Below, piece after piece: positions 49,308-58,135 of a DNA stretch of 64,000 nucleotides (its first letter is position 1; each line of letters opens with the position of its first letter). The notes beneath the pieces were generated by a model, which saw only the letters and a program-made list of their open reading frames with translations, did no database searches and was not told the origin of the DNA. The stretch lies in the IMG/VR virus record IMGVR_UViG_3300005340_000005, one strand, 5' to 3'. Position numbers and translations under genes: made by a program. This DNA comes from an uncultured virus (IMG/VR IMGVR_UViG_3300005340_000005) (Duplodnaviria > Heunggongvirae > Uroviricota > Caudoviricetes).

Positions 49308-49631
49308 ATGAAACGGGTCAGGAAAAGGCCAGCGATCAATTTTGCGCAGGAGGCTGTAAGGCAAGCCTTGCTCGCCTCTGGCTACCCTGAAGACATCGCC
49401 ACCAGTGCGAGTTATCGCGTCCCGTCGCATCTGTCACCTGAGTTTGCCGGAATCGAGATCGAGTTGAGAGGTGCCGAGGCGATGGCGGCAGAAGAGCTTG
49501 AAATGCAAATCGAGCGGGCCGAGTGTGAGCTGATGGATTGCACTTGCCAGCACGACGCAGAACGAAAACTGAACGACCTACGGCAGGTCTGCGAGGCGAT
49601 TCAGACAAGGGCAGTGGAGGTATCAGGATGA
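49308..49631 (+). CDS. hypothetical protein
   Basis: ATG 49308 (MKRVRK), coupled to neighbours. Confidence 0.55.
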   Translation: MKRVRKRPAINFAQEAVRQALLASGYPEDIATSASYRVPSHLSPEFAGIEIELRGAEAMAAEELEMQIERAECELMDCTCQHDAERKLNDLRQVCEAIQTRAVEVSG

Positions 49632-49805
49632 GCAAGGAAACAGATCGAAAGGTTGAGTATGTGACTTCCCTGTACACGCAGACTCGCCACACTTTGGAGA
49701 CGAGAGCTCACACGTGCACGCCGGACACGAACGGACGCTGCAAGTACTGCCCGGTTGTAATGGTCCCCGCGCTTGCCGCACAGGCCCGAACTGGAGAGTT
49801 AACCA

Positions 49806-50054
49806 ATGCCTAAGACTGCGGACATAGCCAAACGATACGAGAAGCGAGAGCAACGTGCAGCGCGCCTCGCAGGCCGCATTCAGAGCGCCGCCCCGTTCCG
49901 TACCAGCTCCGAAATAACCGGTCTTCCGAATCACGAGTACGCGGAGACCACTAAAACTGTCGAGCGACGCGGCCGCAAGAAGCAAAGCTTCAAGGCGCTG
50001 ACTCACAGTAAGAGCTGTCACCGATGTTTTTTAGAGCACGGTCTTCCGTTTTGA
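49806..50054 (+). CDS. hypothetical basic protein
   Basis: GGAG SD. Confidence 0.5.
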   Translation: MPKTADIAKRYEKREQRAARLAGRIQSAAPFRTSSEITGLPNHEYAETTKTVERRGRKKQSFKALTHSKSCHRCFLEHGLPF

Positions 50055-50056
50055 AA

Positions 50057-50211
50057 TTGGCTCGCCTCGGCACGGAGCAATAGCGCCGAGGTGCTCGAAA
50101 GAGGCAACGTGGGCGAGTCAAACAGTAAGGGGCGCTGCCGGTTCTCTTGTTGTATTGAAGCACAAGAGAGTAACCCAATCGGGAGTTAGAAACCAGACCG
50201 GCAGCGCGCCC
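50057..50211 (+). ncRNA. structured intergenic RNA (two multibranch domains)
   Basis: Stems TTGGCTCGCC/GGCGAGTCAA, CTCGGC/GCCGAG, CTC-GAAA-GAG, GCGCTGCCGGT/ACCGGCAGCGC, CTCTTGT/ACAAGAG. Confidence 0.5.
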
Positions 50212-50228
50212 TCGGTAAGGAGAAAGTT

Positions 50229-51773
50229 ATGGCAACCAGAACATCAGCAAAACCAAAGAGCGGCGGCGGCGAGCTCGCTGTAAAGAAGATCCGCGCCGAG
50301 AACGTGGGCCCAATCTCCGAGTTTGAAGATAACGTCGCTCTTGGAGTCAACGAGGTTCAGGCTGGAAACGGCCAGGGGAAATCCAACTTTATCGACTGGA
50401 TCGCAGCATCAAGTGGGGCGCCGATTCCGCTCTCCGTGCTCGACGGTGAGAATGCCGGCAGGCTGATCATTGATGGCTCTGTCGTTCTTGAGTACCAGCG
50501 GAAAAAGGGTAAGCAGCCTCACGTATCGCTCGCGTCAGTGAGTTCGGTTGCGCTGGTCGTCGATCCCGGGATCAAGGATCCGGCCAGCGCCGAAGAGGCG
50601 CGGCTCAAGAACCTACTCAAGATGGTCGAGGCGGAGACCACGGAAGAGATGATCGAGTTCTTCCTCACGCACGAGGCGAAGAGCGATGAGGATGAGCCGC
50701 GGTTAGATACCGAGGCTTACGACTACGTGGACCTGCATTACGGCGTCGACAAGCTGAGGGAGCTCGACCCGGTTGCTGCCGCCGACGTGCTGATCAAGGG
50801 CACGGGCGGTCTTATCCACAAGCTGAAGCGCGAATACCGGGACGAGGCGGCGAATGCACAGGCCCGGTACCAGGTAGCGCATCCGGAGAAACCGGAGAAG
50901 TTGTCCGACGTGAGCCTGCTTGATGCTGATGCTGAGTATCGGAATGCGGTGGGTGATCATCGCCAGGTGCAGGGCGAGGCTTCGCAACGGGCGCAGCTTG
51001 AGAGGCAGAGAGCGGAGATTGAACAGACCCTCGGGGACAGGCCGGACGTGTTCGCGGCTGACGCACTCGTGGAAGGGGCGCAGGAAGGATACGACGAAGT
51101 TGCCGCCGAGATTATGGAGCTTGAAAAACGGCTCTCTGCCGCCCGTCAAAAGGCAATCTCGGCAAAGGTGACGCTCGATCAGTTCAAGAAGGATGCCACC
51201 GAAGCTCGCCGGGCCGCGGAGTCCTGGGATCGTCGACAGGCGATTCTCGAGACTCCAATCACTGGCGCGACAGCGGCGGACGTACTGAAGGCCGCGAATC
51301 GCGTCGACCTCGCCAAGTCTGCACTCGATCTCGCCAGAGAGACCACTGAGTACCGCAAGAAATTGGAAGTTGCACAGGCGGCGCGTGAAGAACGCGACCG
51401 GGCAACCGCTCGAGAGTCGGAGATCGAGAAGCTCGCGGACGGCGTTCCCGCGCGACTCGGTGCGCAATTCAACTCCCTGGGTATTCCGGATGCCAGGGTC
51501 AACAACGGCGTCCTCGAAGTGAAAAACGAGAAAGGTAAGTGGGAGCCGTTCCATCGGCGCAGCAAGGGCCAGCAGTGGCGATGGGCGCTGCCGATCTATG
51601 TGAAGCATAACCCCGGCGCGATGGTCGCCCTGCTCAAGGAAGCGTGGAACGAACTGGACCTTGAGAGCAAGGGCGAGATCCATAAAGCCTTCGTTGAGGC
51701 TGCGGTAATCGGGGTGGTCGAAGTGACAACGAAGCGCGGCGAGGATCTCCACATCGAGAGATTCGTGGCGTAA
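50229..51773 (+). CDS. SbcC/Rad50-like coiled-coil ATPase
   Basis: Walker A GNGQGKS, long coiled coil, signature-like SKGQ. Confidence 0.75.
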   Translation: MATRTSAKPKSGGGELAVKKIRAENVGPISEFEDNVALGVNEVQAGNGQGKSNFIDWIAASSGAPIPLSVLDGENAGRLIIDGSVVLEYQRKKGKQPHVSLASVSSVALVVDPGIKDPASAEEARLKNLLKMVEAETTEEMIEFFLTHEAKSDEDEPRLDTEAYDYVDLHYGVDKLRELDPVAAADVLIKGTGGLIHKLKREYRDEAANAQARYQVAHPEKPEKLSDVSLLDADAEYRNAVGDHRQVQGEASQRAQLERQRAEIEQTLGDRPDVFAADALVEGAQEGYDEVAAEIMELEKRLSAARQKAISAKVTLDQFKKDATEARRAAESWDRRQAILETPITGATAADVLKAANRVDLAKSALDLARETTEYRKKLEVAQAAREERDRATARESEIEKLADGVPARLGAQFNSLGIPDARVNNGVLEVKNEKGKWEPFHRRSKGQQWRWALPIYVKHNPGAMVALLKEAWNELDLESKGEIHKAFVEAAVIGVVEVTTKRGEDLHIERFVA

Positions 51774-51855
51774 CGAGAAGGCCTCCTCTCCCGTTGGACC
51801 TGCCACATCCTTTGCTCTGGGGTTCGCGGGAGAGGGGCTGAATAGAGAGGAAGCA

Positions 51856-52467
51856 ATGAACGCCTTCTATCTTCACAAGCCCGACGGAACGCGGACTGAA
51901 GTCTCTGCGTGTGGGGGCTGTGGCCTGGTCGCTGCCGCTGGGAACTACGATATTTCCGAGCGGTGCTGCACTTGCTACCACTGCGGGCAGCCTCTATCAG
52001 ACGATGACAAGAAGGCGCGGAGGCAGGGCCATTCCGAATGCGACCAGGGAGCGCGTGCGCAGAGAGGGATTGAGAGGCTGGAGAAAGCGACTCTGGTTCC
52101 GGAGTACGACGGGCCGGTGTACTTCGAAGGTGGCCACGGCAGCCTCGGCGATGACTACTTCGCTACTCCCGATGAGTTGGCCGAATACCTGGATGATTAC
52201 TGCGAAGACGACTCGTCGCGGCCTGAGTTCGCATTCTGCTGCACGTCACGTCCGATAGCTCTCAGCGTCGACGACATCATCTATTCGGCAACCGAAGAAG
52301 CTTACGAAGATGCGAGCGGCGACCTTAGCGGAGTCGACGAACTGCGAGAGGCTGTGAGGTTGTTTAACGAGGCGAATAAGGCGCTGCTGACCTGGGATAT
52401 GGACCCGAAGTTCAAGGCGGCGATTCCGGCGAGGGCGATGAGTTATGCCGATCGCGTGGATCGATGA
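51856..52467 (+). CDS. hypothetical zinc-binding protein
   Basis: CGGCG, CCTCYHCG; GAGG SD. Confidence 0.65.
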   Translation: MNAFYLHKPDGTRTEVSACGGCGLVAAAGNYDISERCCTCYHCGQPLSDDDKKARRQGHSECDQGARAQRGIERLEKATLVPEYDGPVYFEGGHGSLGDDYFATPDELAEYLDDYCEDDSSRPEFAFCCTSRPIALSVDDIIYSATEEAYEDASGDLSGVDELREAVRLFNEANKALLTWDMDPKFKAAIPARAMSYADRVDR

Positions 52468-52636
52468 AGCGCCGCGACCAGACGAGCGAGAGCCCGGGCT
52501 GCTCGACAAGAGCGAACTCGATTGGGCGGCGCAGTTTGACATCGAGATTCGAGAGGCACAACGCCGTGCTTACCTGGCCGTTCAGGAGTGCCACGACGAG
52601 TTGTACGCGAGGTTAGAAGAAGATGAGCGCACCTAA
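52445..52636 (+). CDS. hypothetical acidic protein
   Basis: Fills the gap between genes. Confidence 0.45.
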   Translation: MPIAWIDEAPRPDEREPGLLDKSELDWAAQFDIEIREAQRRAYLAVQECHDELYARLEEDERT

Positions 52637-53507
52637 GAAGATTCAAGCGATCAATGGTCTGTGGCAGGCTACGGCCACCGAATACCACTCGGACAACGAG
52701 TACATCTCGCATTCGATGCTCGAGGACTTCCGGGACTCCATTCCGCGATTCGCCGGCCTGTTCGTTACGAAGACCATTGCAGCCGATGAGAGCAGTCAGG
52801 CGCAGGCGCTCGGCACTGCCTTCCACGCGTTCCTGCTCGAACCGGACATAGTTAACGATCTGCTGGTCAAGTGGCCCGAAGGTGACGGTAAGACCGCAGA
52901 GGTACAGCGTGCACGTAAGAACGTTTGCCCGCAGGCCGGTAACGCCGCAACTCCAAAAGTAAGACACGTTGGCGCGCGGACAATAGTGACCGCCGACCAG
53001 TGGGACCAGGCGCAGAGGATGGCCGATTCAGCAAGACAGCATCCGCTTGTGCGCTCGATGGTCGACCTACCCGGCTACTGCGAGCAGGCAGTCAGAGTTG
53101 AGTGCTCGGAGCTCGGCAAGCGCAAGGCGCGATTCGATAAGCTTTTCGAAGCTGGCCACATTCTTGACCTGAAGTCGACTCGCCACATGGATCCGAAGGC
53201 ATTCGCGAAAGACGCATATAACCTTGGGTACTTCCGACAGGCCGCGACCTACGAGGACGTTCGCGACATCGCGATGGGCGCAGGACAGGCGGTCTTCATC
53301 TACGTGGCTACCTGCTCTGAGGAACCGTTCGAGACCATTGTCTACGAAGTGGAGCGGGAGGCGCTGGCCCTGGGTCGTGAGGAGAATCGCGAGTTGCTCT
53401 TTGAGTTGAGGGATCGTCAACGGCGGGATGATTGGTCAAGCCGATGGTCAGGATTGCAGAGATTGAACGCGCCGCAGTGGGCGCGAAGGCAAAGCGAAAG
53501 AGAATAA
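52623..53507 (+). CDS. PD-(D/E)xK exonuclease (RecE/ExoVIII-like)
   Basis: YH..ISHSML, LGTAFH, KARFD..ILDLKST, YFRQAATY. Confidence 0.85.
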   Translation: MSAPKKIQAINGLWQATATEYHSDNEYISHSMLEDFRDSIPRFAGLFVTKTIAADESSQAQALGTAFHAFLLEPDIVNDLLVKWPEGDGKTAEVQRARKNVCPQAGNAATPKVRHVGARTIVTADQWDQAQRMADSARQHPLVRSMVDLPGYCEQAVRVECSELGKRKARFDKLFEAGHILDLKSTRHMDPKAFAKDAYNLGYFRQAATYEDVRDIAMGAGQAVFIYVATCSEEPFETIVYEVEREALALGREENRELLFELRDRQRRDDWSSRWSGLQRLNAPQWARRQSERE

Positions 53508-53521
53508 AGGAGACGATAGAT

Positions 53522-54577
53522 ATGAGCGCTGAAAATCAGCAGACCGAAACAAAGCCAAACGGACAGACGCCTGAGGATAAGGCGATTGAGAAGAAGAAGC
53601 CGCGAGAGCCGAAGCTCGGCGACGCCGCGACCGCGATGGATTTCAGCAACGGGGAAAACTTTGCGCTGCTGCAGCGAGTCGCAGGGGTACTGGCCGACAG
53701 CGATCTTGTTCCCGCGATCTACAAGGGCAAGCTTGCCAATTGTTTAATAGCCTTGAATATGGCCGAGCGGCTACGGGCCGACCCGTTGATGGTGATGCAG
53801 AACCTCTACATAGTCCAAGGGAAGCCTGGATGGTCTGCCAAGTTCCTCATCGCCACTGTCAACCAGAGCGGTAAATTCACAAAGCTACGCTACGAATGGG
53901 CCGGCGCGCCGAATACTCCCGAATGGGGCTGTCGCGCCTGGGCCATTGAGCTATTGACCAACGAGCGCCTCGATGGTCCGTGGATCACTTGGAAGCTGGC
54001 GAACGACGAGGGGTGGGTCAACAAGAGCGGTTCAAAGTGGAGGACGATGCCGCTCAAGATGTTTATGTATCGCGCGGGCGCGTGGTTCGTGGATGTCTAT
54101 TGCCCGGAACTGTCGATGGGCCTTCCTACCAGCGAGGACCTTGAAGACGCGCCGATTATCGATCTCACCCGGACTGGCGATGGATATGGTTTTCAAGAGG
54201 CCCCCGACGATCAGCCCGCGAAACCCAACGGAAGTACGCAAGCTCAGAGTTTCGCGGATCGATTGACGCAGCCTCGCGAGGGCGCAGCGCCGCTTCAGAC
54301 CGAAGAGGAGCCAGAGCCCGTTGCCTCTTTTTCGCCCTCACCTGAGCCACAAGAAGAAGCAACCGAACAGCCCGCTGGCGACGGCGGGATGGCCGCTGAA
54401 GATGACCTCCGCGCCACAGCGCAGGCGCTTCTTGACAAATGCCTCGCAACATCGGGCAAGAAGATGACTACCCGCGAAAAGATGAAGACCGCTTTCAAGA
54501 CGGAACTGGTCAAGGAGATCCCCGCTGCGAAGTTGGGCGCGGCAATCGACCTGCTCAATTCGATTCTCGAAAGCTAA
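53522..54577 (+). CDS. RecT-like single-strand annealing protein
   Basis: SDLVP.YKGK.ANC, MVMQNLYIVQGKP, W.TMP..M..YRA; adjacent to the exonuclease. Confidence 0.75.
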   Translation: MSAENQQTETKPNGQTPEDKAIEKKKPREPKLGDAATAMDFSNGENFALLQRVAGVLADSDLVPAIYKGKLANCLIALNMAERLRADPLMVMQNLYIVQGKPGWSAKFLIATVNQSGKFTKLRYEWAGAPNTPEWGCRAWAIELLTNERLDGPWITWKLANDEGWVNKSGSKWRTMPLKMFMYRAGAWFVDVYCPELSMGLPTSEDLEDAPIIDLTRTGDGYGFQEAPDDQPAKPNGSTQAQSFADRLTQPREGAAPLQTEEEPEPVASFSPSPEPQEEATEQPAGDGGMAAEDDLRATAQALLDKCLATSGKKMTTREKMKTAFKTELVKEIPAAKLGAAIDLLNSILES

Positions 54578-54690
54578 CAAGATCTTGCGTGGCCGGGTAA
54601 CGGGGGCTGAACGGGCACGCGGGAAAGGGCATCGTGGCTCGATGTGCAGCGAACTTCAAAGAGCTGCGGTGCCCTGAATGAGAGGAAGAA

Positions 54691-54957
54691 ATGGCGAAAT
54701 TCAGAAAGAAGCCAGTCGTGATTGAAGCCATTAAATATCAAGCCGAACTTGGCAATAATCGAATCGTGAATTGGCTTGCTCAACAGGGTGCAAATATCAG
54801 TGATTGGCTCTTCTTTGATGGCGAAATCACTATCCCAACGCTAGAGGGTCGCATGAACGTGTCTGATGGCGATTGGATCATCAAGGGCGTCAAGGGTGAA
54901 TTTTACCCGTGCAAAGATGACATTTTTCAAACCACGTATGAGCTGGCAGGCGATTAG
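54691..54957 (+). CDS. conserved phage protein (FRKKPVVIEA...GEFYPCK..IF..TYE family)
   Basis: Recognisable motif. Confidence 0.8.
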   Translation: MAKFRKKPVVIEAIKYQAELGNNRIVNWLAQQGANISDWLFFDGEITIPTLEGRMNVSDGDWIIKGVKGEFYPCKDDIFQTTYELAGD

Positions 54958-54966
54958 GAGGGAGAG

Positions 54967-55608
54967 ATGGAAAGCGAAGTGATTCTCACGCACGAAGGCT
55001 TTATAAGGTCGCGGGGCTGGCTGCCAGCTGATGCTGCGTGCACGCTCTGGTGGAAACGGGGAGACTACGACCTCACCAGCTACAAGACCTTGAGCGGTGC
55101 TTACCAGGATGAGATCGAGCGAGCCCAACGTGAGGGGATTGAACTGCCAGCGACAGTGAAGGCCCACCTTCTGAAGCGGGCGGGATGGACGGTTAACGCT
55201 GGCGGCCTGCTTTGGTATCAGCAGGAGGGAGAGGGGCACGGCGGCGTGTATTACACGCTGCGGGATGCCTACCGAATCCAGGTGCACCGCGATCGGTTTG
55301 AGCCAACACCCGAATCGCCTAAAGAGCAGCAACGGTTTGACGCTGTCGAATCGTTCCCCCCTTCTCCCGCATCCGCGGGCTATCCCTACGCTGAGGATTC
55401 AACCGACGAAGAGTGGACGACCTGCGCGAAGTGTCACGGCTCCGGCAAGACAGAGGTTGAGCCTCCGCACGCGAGCATTGAACGTGCGATCGCTATCTTG
55501 CTGCAAGCGCATACGAAGATGGACGTGGCGCAACGTGAGTTAGCTGAAGCCGAGAACGCCTTCAAACGCATCGGGGAGCAGTTTCTTTTCGAGGAGCGAG
55601 GCAAATGA
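54967..55608 (+). CDS. hypothetical protein with internal repeat and CxxCxGxG
   Basis: Two GW...W...Y.TL..AY units; CAKCHGSG. Confidence 0.65.
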   Translation: MESEVILTHEGFIRSRGWLPADAACTLWWKRGDYDLTSYKTLSGAYQDEIERAQREGIELPATVKAHLLKRAGWTVNAGGLLWYQQEGEGHGGVYYTLRDAYRIQVHRDRFEPTPESPKEQQRFDAVESFPPSPASAGYPYAEDSTDEEWTTCAKCHGSGKTEVEPPHASIERAIAILLQAHTKMDVAQRELAEAENAFKRIGEQFLFEERGK

Positions 55609-56252
55609 GCGCATCGACTCTTTTCGAGCAGGACGTTGCGCCTGTCAGGCCGCAAGCTCGGCCAGCTAATCATAGGCTCGCGGGAATCGATCCCGGTGTC
55701 ACCGCTGGCGCTATCGTCGTCCTTGAGCCAGGCCAGCCGCCGGTCAAGTTCCCTCTTCCCACGATCGAGATCAAACAGACCGACGGCAAGAAGAAGACCT
55801 TCTATGATCTGCCTGCGATTCGCCGCTTCCTGGTCGAACAGGATGTCGCCTTCTGCTATCTCGAGACTCAGCAGCCACAGTCGAAGCCGGAAGTTCACCA
55901 CTGCCCGAAATGCCATATCCCGGTTACCGTCGCGCCCTCGCAGGGGATTACAAGCACCTTTATGACCGGCCGCGGATTCGGCGCGCTCGAAGGGCTGCTC
56001 GCGGGAATTCCGATCGGATACAAACTTGTTCATCCGCGTTCGTGGCAGCCGAGGATGCTGCCGGCCGGGAGTGGAGACACGAAGGCCCGCGCCAAGTTCG
56101 CAGCAAAGGCGATGTTCCCGACGATGGATTTAAGAGCGAACGAGCGCTGCAGGATCGATCACACCGGAGTGGTAGATGCTTTATTGATTGCCACCTTTGG
56201 CGCGCGAGAAATGATGTGGACTGCTCCAGAAGATCCGGAGCTTGGATTTTAG
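55605..56252 (+). CDS. RuvC-like Holliday junction resolvase with zinc-ribbon insert
   Basis: GIDPG, CYLE, VHPRSW, VDALLIA; CPKC insert. Confidence 0.8.
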   Translation: MSASTLFEQDVAPVRPQARPANHRLAGIDPGVTAGAIVVLEPGQPPVKFPLPTIEIKQTDGKKKTFYDLPAIRRFLVEQDVAFCYLETQQPQSKPEVHHCPKCHIPVTVAPSQGITSTFMTGRGFGALEGLLAGIPIGYKLVHPRSWQPRMLPAGSGDTKARAKFAAKAMFPTMDLRANERCRIDHTGVVDALLIATFGAREMMWTAPEDPELGF

Positions 56253-56263
56253 GAAGAACAGTT

Positions 56264-56564
56264 ATGAGCACTAAGTTTAGCGAACGAACACAGAAGATCA
56301 TCGATCGGCTTGCCGCTCTCGACTATTCGGAGGCGAAGATTGATAAGGCGCGAGTGGAACTGGCCCTGGTGGCCCATTATGAGGCGCTCGGCCTGCCACC
56401 TCCGAAAGATCTCCGAAGGCTTCAAGACAACGCCCGGAATGCACACGGTGATGGTTGCTATCGGATCGATCGACGAGAAGGAAGAGATAACGGAAGAGTG
56501 GGTCAAAGCGCAAATGAAGGGACTCGGATGGTGGCCGCTTAACGGACCCAAGGAGGCAGAATGA
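56264..56564 (+). pseudogene. frameshifted or fused hypothetical gene
   Basis: Protein-like translation switches to the +1 frame near 56405; the second frame ends in an ATGA overlap with the next gene. Confidence 0.45.
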
Positions 56565-56713
56565 AGCAATCAATCCTTTGGCACGAAGACGGCGACACCG
56601 CTGTTATCACGCCCCAGCCAGGGCAAAAGGTTCGGGTGGAACTGCCGCCGACTCACTATGCCGGTCCCTCCGACAAAGTGGATAACGCAATAGAGATCAG
56701 GCCGAAGGAGTAA
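56561..56713 (+). CDS. small hypothetical protein
   Basis: AAGGAGG SD; read by eye. Confidence 0.55.
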   Translation: MKQSILWHEDGDTAVITPQPGQKVRVELPPTHYAGPSDKVDNAIEIRPKE

Positions 56714-56715
56714 CC

Positions 56716-57369
56716 GTGAGTCTCGATTATCGTTGCAAGCCTATCATTGAGTGGCCGGACAAGCTGACGCCTCACGGCCGGCGCAAGCGAGGGACATTCT
56801 CGACCTCTTACTCGCGCACGCTCATTCATCTCGAGCGCGAGTTGAATCATCTCAACGCGAAGCAGATCCTCTTTCAGCTTGCTCTCGACGAAAGCGAAAT
56901 TCGCCTCGACGGTCGACCTCGAGCGGATGCCCGACCTTCTCACCCGGGCGTGATCGTTACCTTCAATTCAAAGCACGGGCCGCTCTCCTACTGGACCGAT
57001 CAATACACCGACTGGCAGTCGAACGTGAGGGCGATCAGTCTGGCGCTCGAAGCCCTGCGCGCTGTCGATCGTCACGGAGTCAATAAGAGTGGCAGCCAGT
57101 ATCAGGGATACAAGAGGCTGGGGACCAGCGAAGAGGCGAAGGCGAATGGATTCGCCGACTGGTCTCAGGCTGCCGCCTTCATCGCCTCACATACGGGACT
57201 TGCCAGGATCTTCTCGGCCGACATCGGGACGTCGGAGGTGATGTTTAAAGCAGCCTACAAGGAAGCCGCGAAGCGATTGCATCCCGACAATATTCAGACC
57301 GGGAATAATGAACTCTTTGTGAAGCTTCAGGACGCCGCAGCGGTCGTGCGGAAGAGGTTGGGATTGTGA
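56716..57369 (+). CDS. phage protein with C-terminal J-domain-like segment
   Basis: NVRAISLALEALRAVDRHGV; AYKEAAKRLHPD. Confidence 0.8.
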   Translation: MSLDYRCKPIIEWPDKLTPHGRRKRGTFSTSYSRTLIHLERELNHLNAKQILFQLALDESEIRLDGRPRADARPSHPGVIVTFNSKHGPLSYWTDQYTDWQSNVRAISLALEALRAVDRHGVNKSGSQYQGYKRLGTSEEAKANGFADWSQAAAFIASHTGLARIFSADIGTSEVMFKAAYKEAAKRLHPDNIQTGNNELFVKLQDAAAVVRKRLGL

Positions 57370-57767
57370 AAGAGCGGCCAACGGGAATCATTCGAACGCT
57401 GCCTTACTTCGGCGCCGGTGGCACTGGCGACGAGGCGACAGACGCACGTGCTCGCGCGTATCGCCGGATGATGCGCGCCTTCAAAGAGATGGAGAGCGGA
57501 GACGGCAAGTACGTCCTTATCGCGTTCGGACAGAAGCCGACCGTTGAGGTCCTGCATTGCTACATTCTGGTGGGCGGCGAGATTCGAGTCCGCGCGAACA
57601 TCGCAGGCTGGGAGCCAGGTGACTCGATCGCAGGATTGCATTGTTGGGATGACACGACGCGACATCCGAAGTGGCTTGCGGTGTTGACCGGTCCGGTGGT
57701 CTGGCCTGACGAGCCGGTGAAGAGACGCGGGTTCCAAGGGTTCAGATACACGGAGGAGCTGTTCTGA
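57366..57767 (+). CDS. hypothetical protein
   Basis: GTGA overlap; RGFQGFRY C-terminus. Confidence 0.65.
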   Translation: MKERPTGIIRTLPYFGAGGTGDEATDARARAYRRMMRAFKEMESGDGKYVLIAFGQKPTVEVLHCYILVGGEIRVRANIAGWEPGDSIAGLHCWDDTTRHPKWLAVLTGPVVWPDEPVKRRGFQGFRYTEELF

Positions 57768-58135
57768 TGCCACGCAATATGAGCTTCTCCAAAACTACTC
57801 CACAGGTTCGCGCCCGCACAAAAACGGTCACTCGGCGCACCGGTTGGTGGTTCCTGAAGCCTGGCGAAATCGTGAACGCGATCGAGAAGGGGCAGGGGCT
57901 CAAGAAGGGCGAGGAGGTAGTTGTCATCTGTCAGATTCGTATCGTCAGCACGCGGCCTGAGCCTCTGTCTCGCCTCATAAAAGACACTGCGTATGGATTC
58001 GGCGAAACCACTAAGGAGGGATTCAAGGACCATCCTGAATTGCAGTGGCCCGGGGTCTTCGCTGAGTTCTTCTGCGCCCTCAACGGGTGCGAGTTGGATA
58101 CAGAAGTCAACCGGATCGAGTTTGAATATGTCTGA
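57767..58135 (+). CDS. ASCH/PUA-like protein
   Basis: MSF..T..Q...KTVTRR, EGF, RIEFEY. Confidence 0.75.
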   Translation: MPRNMSFSKTTPQVRARTKTVTRRTGWWFLKPGEIVNAIEKGQGLKKGEEVVVICQIRIVSTRPEPLSRLIKDTAYGFGETTKEGFKDHPELQWPGVFAEFFCALNGCELDTEVNRIEFEYV

